A stretch of 62,383 nt of DNA, filler included, from Diploschistes diacapsis (lineage: Eukaryota): assembly GCA_023645945.1 (NCBI GenBank). It is 6 parts of 6 records of this genome, joined end to end, with 100 filler letters (N's around TTAATTAATTAA, not from the genome) between each part and the next. Parts side by side here need not be neighbours in the genome. Positions count along the whole stretch, not along the records: positions 1 to 10,343 come from JALAIB010000936.1; positions 10,444 to 20,781 come from JALAIB010000937.1; 4 more parts are not named here. One strand, 5' to 3'. A program made the translations under genes and the position numbers. Below, in pieces: positions 1-13,169 of the stretch (positions are counted from its first letter, which is position 1; every line of letters starts with the position of its first letter). The notes under the pieces are model-generated. The model saw nothing but the letters and a program-made list of their open reading frames with translations. It made no database searches and was not told where the DNA came from.

Positions 1-26
1 ATTCCCCCCTCTTCTCTTCGTCGATC

Positions 27-64
27 GACAAACAGACAGACAGACAGACGCACGCAATAGACAG
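27..64 (+). repeat. Short (GACA)n/(CGCA)n microsatellite
   Basis: gacaaacagacagacagacagacagacgcacgca visible directly. Confidence 0.6.
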
Positions 65-163
65 AAAAAGCAAAGAAAAAGAGCATCGCAGACTGATGTG
101 CTCGATGCGGTGGAGACTACTGACTTGTGTCATCCGGCTAAAGGGGAGAAAGGCAGAGGCTTG

Positions 164-3059
164 TTACTCCATTGGAATATCGTTGTCGGTGTCGGTGGTG
201 GGTGCGGCGACCTCGGGCGTGGAGAGCTGCGTGGCCTCGCCGTCGGATGGGGGAGGCGTGTTGAGAGCTGCTGCTTGCGCGGTGGCGTCGGCGTCGGCGT
301 ATCCGTCCGTGCATCCATCGTAGGCGGGGAACCTGCTGACGTCGAAGTTGGCGAGGTGGTGGAACTGGGGCTCGACCTGGTCCCAGTTGACGTGGCGGCA
401 GGTCAGAGCGAATCGCAGGTCGCCTTCATTCACGACCTTGTGCTAATTTTGCATGGGTCAGCATTGTAAGGAAATCATGGGTTATATAACAGGGGCCACT
501 TTACCTCGAAGTACTTTTGCACCTCGGCGCCATGCATGATGATAATGTCGCCGTGGTTGAAGGCCATTCTGAGGATGTCTCCGTGTATGGGCTTCTTCGA
601 GCTAACGAGCCCCTGCATCTCCTGGTTCTTCTCCTCGGCAGACATCGTGCTCGCCGCGAGCTCCCGGCGCTTGTTCTCATGAGCACTTCCTGGGAGGATC
701 TCGACATCCGGGTCGAAGTGGACGCCGCTGACGTTGCCGGTCTTGTAGCCCCTGAAGTAACGCTCCTTCATGCGAATGTGCATGGAAGAAGGGGCCCCTA
801 GCGCCATGGTAGCGACTGTTGGCCCTAATTCCTTCTCGCCGTCATCGTGGTACTTCATAGCGCGTTAGTATGCTCAGTCTCCGTTCAAAAAGCCATACTT
901 ACGTTCATCTGCCCGTCGCGGAAATACCCAACAGCTAAGCACTCGTTGAATTCTGTCGCTGCGCTCTGTCCGATGTACTTCCCAGCCCATCGCAAGCGTT
1001 GGAGTGCTGTCAGAATCGGGTCTGGTGCGCCTAGGAAGGGCTTGCTCCTGGTGGCCACAATGTACTTGTATGGCATTCCCTGGTATACGTTAGCGAGCCG
1101 CAACGGAACATTAGGTTACGTAAGAGCTTTTCTGTAACCAAAGGGATTGAAACGGCGAGGGGCTGGAATGCACTTACATAATTCACGGAAAAGTGGTTTG
1201 TAAATTGCTTCATCTTATCTGTCCCCAGTTAGCAGATATCATCATGAAGATGCAGAGATGGCTTTACCTGTCCTACCGCTCATTGTGTGGCGTTCAAGAC
1301 CGATGTCTGCAGCCTGAAGAGCGGCAAAGAGCTCATCCGGACCATTAGGAGAACGAACAAGGGGTCGGTTTACCTGGAAATGATAGATAAAGTTGCCCGG
1401 GTGTATCTCATAGCAAGTGACGCGATAATGGCCAGCTACGCTGCTCTGAACGTTGATGGTCTTGGACAGAACCTGGTTGGTCGGGATAGGATGGCCGTCA
1501 TACTCGTGCAGGTCGGTGCGGGAACAGCCCCTAGCTGAGAGAACTGGTTGTTCGACTGTGTGAACGAAGTTACAATCTTTATTATCACATTCCCATCGGT
1601 CCCAATGAACTTTGGCGCTGCAGCATCCGCACTGTGGGCAGCATATACCACGCCATCCAAGTTTGGAGAAGGCCATGATGGGGGATCTTTTGTCGCACGT
1701 GAACAACTCGGGACGCAGGTTGTAAGGGGGGATGTAATTTGCCGGCCACTTCGTCCTATACCTGAGGAAGGCCTCGCTGTACCTGAGGGTTGCATCACTT
1801 GGTACTTGTCCGTTGCTGGGGTAGACCCAGAACTTGTTGCAGTGCTCGTTTAAACAGATCCACTTCTGGAAGATCGTCTTGGAGAGCTTACCGCAGTACA
1901 TGCAACGATCTTCGGGAACCGTGACGGAATAATCAGGCTCTGTAGGTTGGGGAGTTCCGGCAGGCGCCCACCAAGAGCGTTCGTTCAGACGTAACTTCTC
2001 AAACCTAAACTTAATGCAGATATGCTCGCCATTCTTTTCAGCCCAGCAGTCAGTAACCTGGAAATGGTCAAGGACGTTGTACGCATGTAACATCTTGGAG
2101 GGCATCTTGAGGCAGTCGTTTCCTAGAAGACTTTTAGGAGTGAAAAAACCTACACTTGCATATCAAGACCTACCAGCAATAAGAATGACGGGCAGTCCAG
2201 CTTCACAATTGTTCCTGATAGCTGCGACATCGCGAGCATCCATGCTCTGGCCACTGGCTTGAGTCAGGTGTCCCTTTTTATCCAGTTCTTGGTGACCAGC
2301 TCTGCAAGAAGTCAGCACCATAAAGTGGACTTCCTTACATGCATCACTTACGCTCTAGTAATGACAATTTCGTTATCAATGTAGAGGCGAGAACTGTTGT
2401 CGTGAGCGAGCAAGAATCCATAGCAAACACCACTCTTGCTGTAAATCGCACTCTGGTATGCATTGTAATAAGGTAAAGTAGCACAAAGTGCCGCACGCGA
2501 CTGAAAGCATTAGATATCGCAACTCTAAGTGCGAAGGAGTTGCTTACGTTTGACCATACATGTGGAGCCCCAACAGCAAGAGGTTTCATATCGTTGATGT
2601 GGGACAGGCGTGGTCCTTTCTTGCCACCATTCACGATTGTACCACTCGAGTCCCTTCTGAATCTTGGCGCGCTTCGAGCAGCAGCTTCTGCATCAACCTG
2701 GTGATCACGCGGGCGACGCTGTGGGTTATTAGGTGCTGCGACACTGGTCACAGTGGTAGCCAAGCTTGTAGCCTACCAATAGTGAGCATCTGGATCTACA
2801 GAACAGATAGACAATAAAACTTACTGTAGTCTCTGTAGCTGCTTGGCCTGAGTACTCTTTAGTGATGACTCTTGACAATCTTAGGGGTCTGAGGGGGTTT
2901 ACTATTTCCGGACATAGTGTCAGCTCCTTCAGAAGCCGCAGTGGGCTGAGCGATTGAGGTTCCAATAGTCTGATTGACGGCGCTGGGCTCGGCTTGCTGG
3001 CCTAAGCGGTCTGGGGCTCTAGTAGCTCGGGTAGAGCGACGTGTCGGTCCACCTGCCAT
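164..3059 (-). CDS. Multi-exon fungal AlkB-like 2OG-Fe(II) dioxygenase with N-terminal SRA/YDG-like domain and Cys-rich (zinc-finger-like) segments; 5' end uncertain (frame discontinuity near 2860)
   Basis: Spliced exons give ...YHDDGEKELGPTVATMALG...HGDIIIMHG...YFE|HKVVNEGDLRFALTCR (HxD..H..RxxxxxR). Cys clusters: CMYC..CLNEHC and CCPQCGCC..CDNKDC. Upstream exons read LPYYNAYQSAIY..IVITRAAG..LPVILIAG..YNVLDHFQVTDCW..IKFRFEKL. Canonical GT..AG junctions lie between the ORF pieces. Confidence 0.75.
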
Positions 3060-5731
3060 TGTGGACGCCGTGATGGTCAACTGGTTGGTGACAATCAACT
3101 GATCGAATCTTGTCACCTATAGAGAGCGTTAACACTACCAATTCAAATCACAAATGAGACCATCAACATGCGTAAGAGCATACCAGGTATGGAGGCTCAG
3201 GTGCAACAAGTAGGAGGCCAACAAGAAAGACGAGACATTGAGTAAGGAGCAAAAAGAGCAAGACAAGCAAGATGGGGGAATGAGGGTATTTATACTCTCA
3301 AGAGCTCATCGAAGTCATCCCGTGAATCGAAGGGCAGGTTGTGGGAGATCACAACAAGAGACAGAACGGAGGAGTCTCTTGCCGCTGCACCCATTCACGG
3401 GATAGTCCAATAGTAGTGTAAAAAGGCTACAGATACCATACAAGGTACAGGAAACCGTGAATGCTGAGCTGATCACATATCAGACCGTGAATAAAAAGCG
3501 AGAAAAGAGCGAGCGTTGTGAATTCGGGGTTGCTCTCAAAAAGGAGACGTGAATAAAAATGAGGAGCGTGAGCAGATGGAGATGGGTGATAGTAGTGCTA
3601 ATAGGACTTAGGACATCACATGGTGGCCATCTGGACAGGATCTAGAAATAGAAACAAGAACAAAAGGAAGAGATGGAGATACTGAAGAATAATTAAGAGA
3701 CTGGGACTCACCAGGTCAAGAACCACCGTCGTGTACACGTGACGAGCACGGGCTTCGGTAGCTCCGTTGTAAGTTGTGTTCCCGTTCTCGTTCTCGACCC
3801 CATTCACATTCATATTCACGTTCACATTTCTGCCCCCAGATCTGTCCGCCATCGTGTCTATGCATTATGTCAGCAAACTCCGTGATCACCCAACCTTACT
3901 CGGTCTGTGCAAAGAGTGACAGTATGAGTGTGAGTGGGGGATCTATTGTGCTTTGAGGGCTCAAGATTATGTGCATGGTATCATTAACTGTCCATTGTGG
4001 GAACAGCAAGGACAAGAGGGCTAGAGCGGATAAAGTCGGCTGGCAGGAGAGAGGCACGTGAGATTGGGTACAGAACTTACCTAGTACCTTACAGTTGCTT
4101 GGCTGATCAAAAGAGCTAGTATTAGCTTCCAACCCTTTGACATTGAGCTGGGTACCCAGCTGCGTGAAAGTACCTGTCAACCTGTTTCTTGTCAGCTGCA
4201 CATACTTGGACATTACCATGCTTTCGCCATGCAACTAGAGCAATGGGAGAGGACATGAGCCATTTGGGGAGCAGTCAAGATCAGGTCAGGTATGGTATGA
4301 TTTCCAGTTCTAAGATCGTTGGGCTGAACGACATTTAGGAGCTAGAGTGGACACTTACCAGACAAAGCCTGAAGACAAATATGCTTATTATATTAGAGGA
4401 TCCTTGCATGAGTGCAGCAAGCTGTCTTGACCAGATGGAACTTACCGGATGATAAGAAACAGTGGAGGTGAAAAAACCTGAAATCACGAGGAAGCCGTTG
4501 AAGATGGAGAAAATGAATTGGGAAGAGAGGAGAATTTATAACGTGGGCATCAGGGTTCGCTGAATAATCGCCTGCGTGGTGACTGGCTACTTGATAACAT
4601 GCCGAGACATCGTACAACGGTGAGAAGGGTCCGCAAGAGCATAAATTAGGGCGGGAGAGGACTCGGCGGTCAGGCTGGATGCGGTCGATCAGGCGGAAAA
4701 GCGGTCACACCAACTGACAATGAAGTAGAGAGTCCGGGAAAGGTAAGTCACATAGGATAATAAAGCGGAAAGCCTGGGAAAAGTAATTCAGACAAGACAT
4801 CTGTGAGTCGAGCCGGAAAGCCACAACTGTCATGCATGGGCCGGACAGATGCTAAAGTGGTTGGTTTGGTGCAGCTCTCGATTGCGGCCTCATCAAGGCT
4901 GGAAGACATTATAATCGAGCACTGAACGAGTTCTACGATTAGCGAGTCCGCAGGTCTGATAGTAACAGCGACGAGAACAGCAAATCCAAGACAGTGAGCC
5001 ATGTGGGTATGCTAGGAGTATCAGCAACAGTTGGTGGCCGTTGGGTCACCAAGCTTGACATCTTCTTCGAGGTACATCTAATTCAAAGCCTCTAGACTCG
5101 ATGTTCCTAAAAGCTGGGTTCCATGTGTTGGCAATAATACATTGATAAGAATCCTAATGTTTTCTTGTATGTTTCATGAGACTGCGATTTGGACAATTAG
5201 CATGCAGATCGACGAACATGGGAAATAGATAGAGTCTCTCTACTCTACCTAGTATTTGCAAGCATAGTAGATTGGTACCTTCTACATATGTCATAACACT
5301 AAGATGTGCGGCAGATCTAGCGACCGATCGAATTATACACGATTTCAGAACCGCTCAATCTATCTTTGAGAAGCCGCTTGGTATTTACAATACTCTGTAT
5401 GGCTTGATCAGATTTGACGATGATAGCTCGTCCAAGAAAGGGTGCAAATAACGGTCAAAGGAAGACGAACGTCAGAACCCTCCAATCACAGAATCGCCCA
5501 AGTGCCAAGAAGATGACAAACCCAGGCGAGTCTTGGATTGGCTGGATTAGGGAAGATCCTAAAGCAGTGTGGTGTTGTGGTGGCTGTCAAGCCTGTGATC
5601 CCGCATGAGAGGCTGAATAGAGACGTCATCGGCGGCTCGCGAGGTTGCAGATCATACACAATGAAGAATGAGCTCTACCACCATTGTATCGGGCTTTACT
5701 CTTAGACATTTGCACAATACACATCGCCAGC

Positions 5732-7935
5732 ATGGTATTCTACCCTCCAGAGGCAGTCCCCAAGCTGCCCTTCGACCCTCCAGATGCCGTCCCAATCCAT
5801 GGATTTCTCTTCGATGAACAGTATGGGCGATATCCGCTTGGAAAGTCTTCTCCAGCTTTCACTGATGGACTGTCGGGCAAGTCGTACTCGGCACAAGCGA
5901 TGCCAGGTCGTATAGAGGCCCTGGCGAAGGCGCTGCAGAAGAGGTGGAACTGGAGCCTTGACACAGTGCCGAACAAGCCAGCGAGTGGAAGCGGAAGTAA
6001 TAGGAAGGTAGACACGAGCAAAGTCGCCTGCGTGTTCACGCTCAATACGGTATATTATCTTCATTCTTTGAGCACACTGAGTTGTGGAGATCACTCGACA
6101 AAAGCGACACGGATCCATAGAAGGGCTCCAGTCTACCACCTGTTTGCCCTGTCATACTGGCTGAGGTCGTCGACGTTGGACTCATTGCATAAAATATCCA
6201 GTCGACTAATGCGTCCTTACAAATTCATCCTCTAACTTGACTCTGGTTGAATGAGAATGTGCTAGATATCGTTGGCTAATTCCGCCGAAGATAGATACTC
6301 TGCTAGTATCATGGGCAGTGCATCGACTTAATGGTATCAGCTCGCCCGCGAATGCCCAGTACTCTGCTGGAGAATTAGCCTACCAATTGGATACCTCCCA
6401 ATCTAAAGCCATCTTTACTTGTCTTCCACTGCTACCCGTTGCGCTGGAGGCAGCCAAAAAGGTAGGCATCTCGAAAGAGAATGTCTTCCTCCTGCCCTTG
6501 CCCAAGCAATTCGCGCAGGGCGCGGAAATGCCGAAGGACTTCTTGACGGTCGAAGACTTGGTACAAGAGGGTCAAAAACTTCCATCACTTCCAGTATTGA
6601 AATGGGAGAAAGGCCAAGGCGCACAGCAGATTGCCTTCTTATGCTACTCAAGTGGTACCTCTGGCCTACCCAAGGGTGTCATGATCTCCCACCGAAACGT
6701 TATCAGTAACACGTTACAGCTTTCGACCTTCGAAATGCCCAACATGAAGCAGATTCGGGAGGAGAAGGGTGCAGATTACAAAGAAGTCGTACTTGGCCTC
6801 CTACCATTTAGTCATATCTATGGCTTAATAGCAGTCGTGCACAAGAGCGTCTACGAAGGGAGCAAGCTTGTGGTGCTGCCGAAGTATGAAATGAAATCGT
6901 ATTTACAAGCCATTCAGGATCACCGCATTGAGATGCTCTACATCGTGGGTCCATGTACTCTCGCAGAGCTACCTGACCAATCTTTGACTGACAACCGTAT
7001 CTTCCCAGGTTCCTCCGATTATTATTCTCATGGTCAAAAACAAGAACCTTCTTCAGAAATATGATTTGAGCAGCGTCAGGACCGTATGGACAGGAGCTGC
7101 ACCTATGGGCGCAGAAACGGCAGAGGATGTGCATGGCATTTGGCCAGATTGGCTCATTCGCCAGGGTTACGGTAAGGTTGAAGCTTATCCTGCGAACGAT
7201 CAATCTACTAATTACTGGTAGGTCTTACTGAGTCTTGCACTGTTGTTTGCTCTACCATTTATAACGACATTGACTTCGGCTCTTGTGGCTGCCTGTTGCC
7301 CTCCTATGAGGCGCGGATTGTCAATGAGGAAAGGATCGACATTGAAGGCTACGAGCAACCTGGCGAATTGCTCGTCAAGTCTCCATCTGTTGTTCTGGGA
7401 TACCTCAATAACGAAGAAGCGACCCGGGAAACATTCCAGGACGGATGGATGCGGACAGGGGATAAGGCGCTCGTCCGTAAGAGCCCAAGAGGGAACGAGC
7501 ATATTTGGATTGTGGACAGGATGAAGGAGTTGATCAAGGTCAAGGTAGCCAACTTCTTGGATTCCTATTTCTTAACTGTTCCTAAGCTCCTGTGCATAGG
7601 GTCTCCAAGTCGCTCCTGCTGAGCTCGAAGCCCATCTACTCACCCATCCCTCCGTTTCCGATGCAGCAGTCATCCCCGTTCCAGACGATGCTGCCGGCGA
7701 GGTACCTAAAGCGTACATCGTGAAGTCATCATCGGTGGGCCTCGAGGATAACGACAGGATGATTAAGCGTGATATCTCGAAGCATGTCGAAAAGCACAAG
7801 GCGAGGCACAAGTGGTTGAAGGGTGGCGTGGAGTTTATCGATGAAATCCCAAAGAGTCCGAGTGGGAAAATTCTTCGGCGGCTGTTGAGGGATAAGGAGA
7901 AGGAGAGTAAGAGGAAGAAGGGGGCGAGGCTGTAA
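5732..7935 (+). CDS. AMP-binding acyl-CoA ligase (4-coumarate/phenylacetyl-CoA ligase-like), peroxisomal
   Basis: YSSGTSGLPKGV, QGYG|LTES, GWMRTGD, IVDRMKELIKVKG, IPKSPSGKILRR; C-terminal ARL (PTS1-like); first intron 6050-6290 plus three short introns. Confidence 0.93.
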
Positions 7936-8419
7936 AGTGGTTCTATTTGGAAAGTGAGATCTGGACAAGATCTGGATAAGTTGTGACGTGACAGATGCCG
8001 TTTGCTATCAGCGGCTGATGCCCCAAGACAAAATGCTAATTGAAATCAATCAAAGACTTACAATTCGAAACTCGTTAAAGGCCCATGATAACAGCGAGTC
8101 AGCACTTATGTCGCTTTGCATGCTGGACAAGAATATTTCCCGACACCTTGCTAACTCGCTTGGAGTCGCGGATTGTGACACAAGCTGATATGCGAAAAGG
8201 AAACGAGACGCATGGTTTGCATTTGGAAATAATAAGCTTTAGCAGACTGTACTGTTCTTTGGAATCCGTTGAAAGTGACATAATTATTGCCAACAGACAA
8301 GTTTCAGCGTTCAGGCAAATCTTACCTTCAGGGAGCTCATATTCTGCCAGTAGGTAAGACCAAGTGAATGACCTAGTCCAAAGCTTACAAGAGAACTTAC
8401 TACAGGAATTTCCTGACAC

Positions 8420-9316
8420 CATGACGACCAAATTCAATCCCACCTTTCCCTGGCTCAAGCCCGCCATTTTTTGCCTACCAGGTGCCTGGGTTTCACTAGC
8501 CATCTACTACCCGATTACCGAGGAGCTCAGGAAACATGGCTACTGTGCATTCGGCGTCATGCTTCCTTCCGCTGACGCCAATCCATCCCACGAAGACTTC
8601 GGTGAAGATGTCAAAGCCGTTCGTGACAAGCTCGTTCAGCTTGTTGAGGATGAACAGAGGGACGTGGTCTTGGTCTCTCACGCCTATTCTGGCATGCTGG
8701 CTTGCGAAGCTCCAGTCGGACTAGGCAAGAAAGAGCGCAAGGAAAAGGGCCTTAAGGGCGGTGTTACTAGACTCGTTTTTGTCCAGGCGTATGTAGGAGC
8801 AGAAGGGTTCTGTCCGATGCCTGAAGGGAAGGAGTTTCCTGAGTGGATGGAGGTAGATGTTGCGGTCAGTCCCTCCCGAAAACAGGCTCAACTTCCTAAT
8901 TCTCCTACTTTACTCCCTTTACTCGATGCCTTGCTAAATTCCTCCTTACTCTAACAGAAGGGCATCGTCTCCGTCTCCGCCTTGGCCGCGAAGGAAGTTT
9001 TATTCAACGATCTCCCCAAGGCCGAAGCCAATGTCTGGGCCGGCAAACTTCAGAAGCACAGCTTAGGCGTCTTCAGAAGCTCGCTCACCTACGCTGCTTG
9101 GCGTCACATTCCTTCCACCTTCATTGCTGGCAGAAAGGACCAGACTGGCCTCCTCACCCCTCACATAATCGAGACCATGGTTATTCTTGCACGGAACGAG
9201 GTTCCTGATGCTTTCGATATTTTTGAGCAGCGCGCGGATGCGGGCCATTGTTGATGATCAGTAAGGCAGAGTGGCTCGCTGAATGCATCATGAGGGCTGC
9301 TGGCGAGGAGCGCTAG
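8420..9316 (+). CDS. Alpha/beta hydrolase (Abhydrolase_6-type), one intron, apparent 1-nt frameshift near 9250
   Basis: PGAW oxyanion motif, VLVSHAYSG (Ala at the usual nucleophile Ser position of HSYxG), AAWRHIPSTFI, DAGH; the tail LMISKAEWLAECIMRAAGEER* continues in a shifted frame. Confidence 0.8.
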
Positions 9317-9979
9317 AGCTTGCTTCTACAACGTACTATCTGCTTTGGAGGGTCTGTTTGAAAGGCCTATGGAAGCGGAGTCGGCGTAACTGAGATCGTG
9401 GGCGTCAGGATAGGGGACCTTCCCGAGATACGAGACCTTTCTACATGCTGTGTGTAGCATAAGCTAGCGAGTTTAAGGGAGATGAATGCATGCACACTGA
9501 AAGATCATGTCTCTCTTGACTCGTGTCCGATGAGCTGTTCCCTTCAGAATTTAAGCGAGCTCCAATTATAGTTGTAGCCGCCTTCATATATAATGCTGAT
9601 TGCTTTGCTTATTGTCTCAAGAGGACGACTCATTAGACACGCAGAGGTAAAACTGAAGATGAATTGAGGGAGTAAGGTTGCGTTTCGTAGGGCGGACTGC
9701 TCGGTTATGTAAAGTATCCAGCAATGTCAAACCATTAGCGTACTGAAGCGTCTTTCGTTTCAATTTGCGCAAACTGATGTTTCGAACTCTAACAGCTGGA
9801 CAGGACTGGACGCTGCATCAGGCTCACAACGCAATAATTGCTAGAAATTTCCTACATTGTGACTATAAGAAGATAAAGTCTTTTAAAAAGCCCTTGGCTC
9901 TCACAGAGGCTTTGTAGTGAAAACTTTCTTTCTGTCTGGTTTCTCCCCATGTACTATCCTTGTCTTTCCTATACTTATA

Positions 9980-10343
9980 ATGGCTTCAAATCAGAATCCC
10001 CCAGAAGAGGACGAAGAAGAAACGATGCTTGATGTCGACGAAGCCGCCGAAGAAATTCATGTCGATGACGACGATGACCACCCAATGGAGTCCGACCCCG
10101 AAGACGATCCTGGTGCAAGCGGAGAGATTACACTTGAGAACAATTCGATTGCGTACTTTTCCTACCACAGCGACTCCCTTTTTGCCATCGCCTCGCACCC
10201 CCTGAATCCAACCCTGATAGCTACTGGCTCCGGTGACGACACTGCCTACATCTTCTCCACCGCCTCCATTTCCACCGACACCCCTCTCCTTCCCCGCTCC
10301 TACGAATCCAATCCCCAATCCGTCCAGCCCCACGGTTCCCTCC
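9980..10343 (+). CDS. SQT1: 5' part of Sqt1-like WD40 ribosome assembly chaperone (truncated by gap)
   Basis: Acidic N-terminus then ITLENNSIAYFSYHSDSLFAIASHP..LIATGSGDDTAYIF, typical of the first Sqt1 WD40 repeat. Confidence 0.8.
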
Positions 10344-10443
10344 NNNNNNNNNNNNNNNNNNNNNNNNNNNNNNNNNNNNNNNNNNNNTTAATTAATTAAN
10401 NNNNNNNNNNNNNNNNNNNNNNNNNNNNNNNNNNNNNNNNNNN
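10344..10443. other. Artificial contig linker (N-run/TTAATTAATTAA/N-run)
   Basis: 100 nt, six-frame stop linker. Confidence 0.99.
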
Positions 10444-10656
10444 CGGTGGAGGAGCCGGTTGAGGCGTCGTCTTCCCAGGAGTCGGGGGCGGGGATGGAGG
10501 AGGAGGGTTTGTTGGTAGGGTTTTTGGCGGATTTGCGGTTGGAGAGAGAGAGGTGGTTGAGGGAGGGGAGATTGCCTGGGACGGAGGTTAATGGGAATGG
10601 GAGGAGTTGGAGTGGGGATGAGGCTTGCCATGGCGGCGGCGGTCGGCAACGCTCAT
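10444..10656 (-). CDS. Possible 5' fragment of a small low-complexity hypothetical protein, truncated by gap
   Basis: Open frame LTSVPGNLPSLNHLSLSNRKSAKNPTNKPSSSIPAPDSWEDDAS; nearby ATGs are in other frames. Confidence 0.3.
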
Positions 10657-13169
10657 GGCGGTTGGTTTTTTGGGAAGTGGTTATAGAATGTAGTGTTGAG
10701 ATAGTCTTGTAATTGAAAAGGGAGGAAGAAACGATATGAAATGTGGGCAGTCAATATGTTTGTAAGGAAACCTGTGAAGCTGTTATAGGTTTGTAGTAAA
10801 ATGGTTCTAACCCTGCGGGGAAGGCAAAGCCCAGTACCAAGCGTTGGTCACGGCCAGCGAAAGAAAGAAAGTTATTTGATGGTGACCAGGTTGAACGTTG
10901 AAGCCCAGATGTACACTCTAAAAAAGCTTTGATGTGTTCAACCCCAAGATTCTAGGACCCTGTGCCATGTTGTTGGCTTGTTAAAACAGTGCCAGCCTTC
11001 GGCTGCAGGGGGCGCTTTTTTCGATATGCGCCGGTGGGGTGCGGTTTTGGCAGCTAAAGGGAACAGAAATTGGTTACGCAGCACATGGTTTTCGGACGCC
11101 GCGTCATCGATCTTGACGAGATTCAAGAGAGGTCAATGATATAGAATCTTGGGAGGAAGGCCTGGACCTCCGTTGCTTTGGAACGGACCTGCTCTATATA
11201 CCAAGACCAAGCAGTATGATTGCGATCGCGAGCACAGGATAGAATATCAAGCATATGCTTCATGCACGGAAATAAAACGGAAATTGCTCACTTGAGTTTT
11301 TGATCCTTTCTCCAGCATGATGCAATCCCCGGACTCCATATCGTACACGTAAAATAGCAAGAACAGAATATGCAATAAAGCAGGTCGTTACGCTCTCATC
11401 ACGCAGTTAAGTGTTTGTTCTTGACTTCTGATCCAGGTCTTATTTAAATCTAACAAGATGACGCACCCGGCCATCGATTAAAAAGGCGTATGTTGTGAGC
11501 AGAATAACGATCACACTCGCCGTATATTAAACGTCCCTATCGGCCCTTGTCGGAGTTCCACGGGATAAACAAACCACAGAAGTAGAATATTCGGCGACAA
11601 CATCGCATCGAATCACTTGTCTAGCCTGTTCAACTTATCCAGTTTATCGAGCTTTTCGAATGCCTGGACGAGCTGTTATATTAAGCCCGTCATGAGCTTC
11701 TCTGAGCCCGCGGATCTGTTTGCCTTTTTGTTCTGGATCGCCTCTGCGGCGGACACTAGCAGCTCTCTTACTCGCGTATCGTAGACCCTTTTGTTCAGGC
11801 TGGGCATGACAATAGCATCGTTACTTTGCTCGCCCGAAGGACTCGAGGAAACAGAGAGCACCGGATACGGAGTCTCGGTAATAATACTAGAGGCGCCTTT
11901 TCCTTGTATCTTACTGTAGGTCTTCGTCGTGAACGAACCGGTGTTACAGATGTCCTGTAGGGTCGGAAGGGTGTATCTCGTAAAGTGAACGACCCAAAAC
12001 AACACGAAGGTATTTAAAAGTATTGGAGGACCCTAGTTTAGGGTATAAAGCGTAATATTAAAGCTGTTGGCCATGCCAGCAAGGAATGAAGCAGCAGCGA
12101 CTGCAGGATATCAGTAAAGCAGGAGAAACCCAGTGGCTTTGGAGGTTAGATCGGATTTGGTGAAGATTGCTGCTCTGAGGGAATGCCATGCACCGATAAT
12201 AGAGTCGCTCTGTCTGAGGTTTTTGGAAATCAGCAATGTACTATATAATGTCAGTAAAGGAAACCGTGATTGTGACTGCATGGACCTCACCTTTAAAGGC
12301 GTCTTCTGCTTCCGATGGATAAGTCTGGAGGGTGGCATACTTCTCCCAAAAATCCTACCTCGGCCGGCTTCTTGTTTCATGAATGCTGGTTGATGCTAGT
12401 TTTCACGTGGTGTGTGCGATGATCTGTCGGCGGTGACGCAGGACCCCAGTGGTCGCTCCTTTCAGTCTTCTAGGTACTGTAGTCGCTCTTACTCTGCTTA
12501 CAGCGATATCTGCAATCACTCCTTACAGTTCAATGGGCCTACAGAGCGTTTTTTGGTGCATTACGGTACGTACCCTTTGCGGATAGAAAAGTCTATCGAG
12601 AGCGATCCAGCGTATAGACAATACGGCAGTAATTAATTCAGCTCTCATAGGCCTAGAGACAGCTGCTATAAAGTGTGTCATCAGGAGAAATTTATAACTA
12701 TAATCATAAACTCTAAGTTAATACTAGTCCTCTTCAAGTGGCAACTCGCAGGCAGGGATCACCCACTTCTTCTCTTACCAAAACCGTTTGACAGTTGTTG
12801 TAGTTCGTACTACCCTCGGAGGATTCCACCAGCTTTTGCTCTCCTGCATCTCTCAGCTCTGCACCACTAAGATTACACACACACTTGATGTTCCTCATCA
12901 CACAATCCCTACCCATCACTTGCGGATAGAGGAATCCATCTTTCCTCTGTTTACCGGAAGCTCTACTCCGGCTACAGAACAGTCTGTCCTAATGAGTTCG
13001 ACATCCGTCCCGTGCGATTTCCTCAGTACAACCATTGCGCCGCACTGCAGGCAGACAGCGCCATTGGCTTCCAGGAGCGCTAAGTTTTCATAGCCCTTCA
13101 GTTGTCCTGACGATGATTGAGGGCACCAACTTACCTTAATCTGCAGCCACGAAGCAGACTGCGACGAAG

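Noticed and set aside
10388..10399. Palindrome TTAATTAATTAA recurring every 10.4 kb or so
   Set aside because: Artificial six-frame stop linker inside N-runs
11676..12380. Minus-strand ORF pieces that could be a decayed gene
   Set aside because: No recognisable motif or consistent splice model
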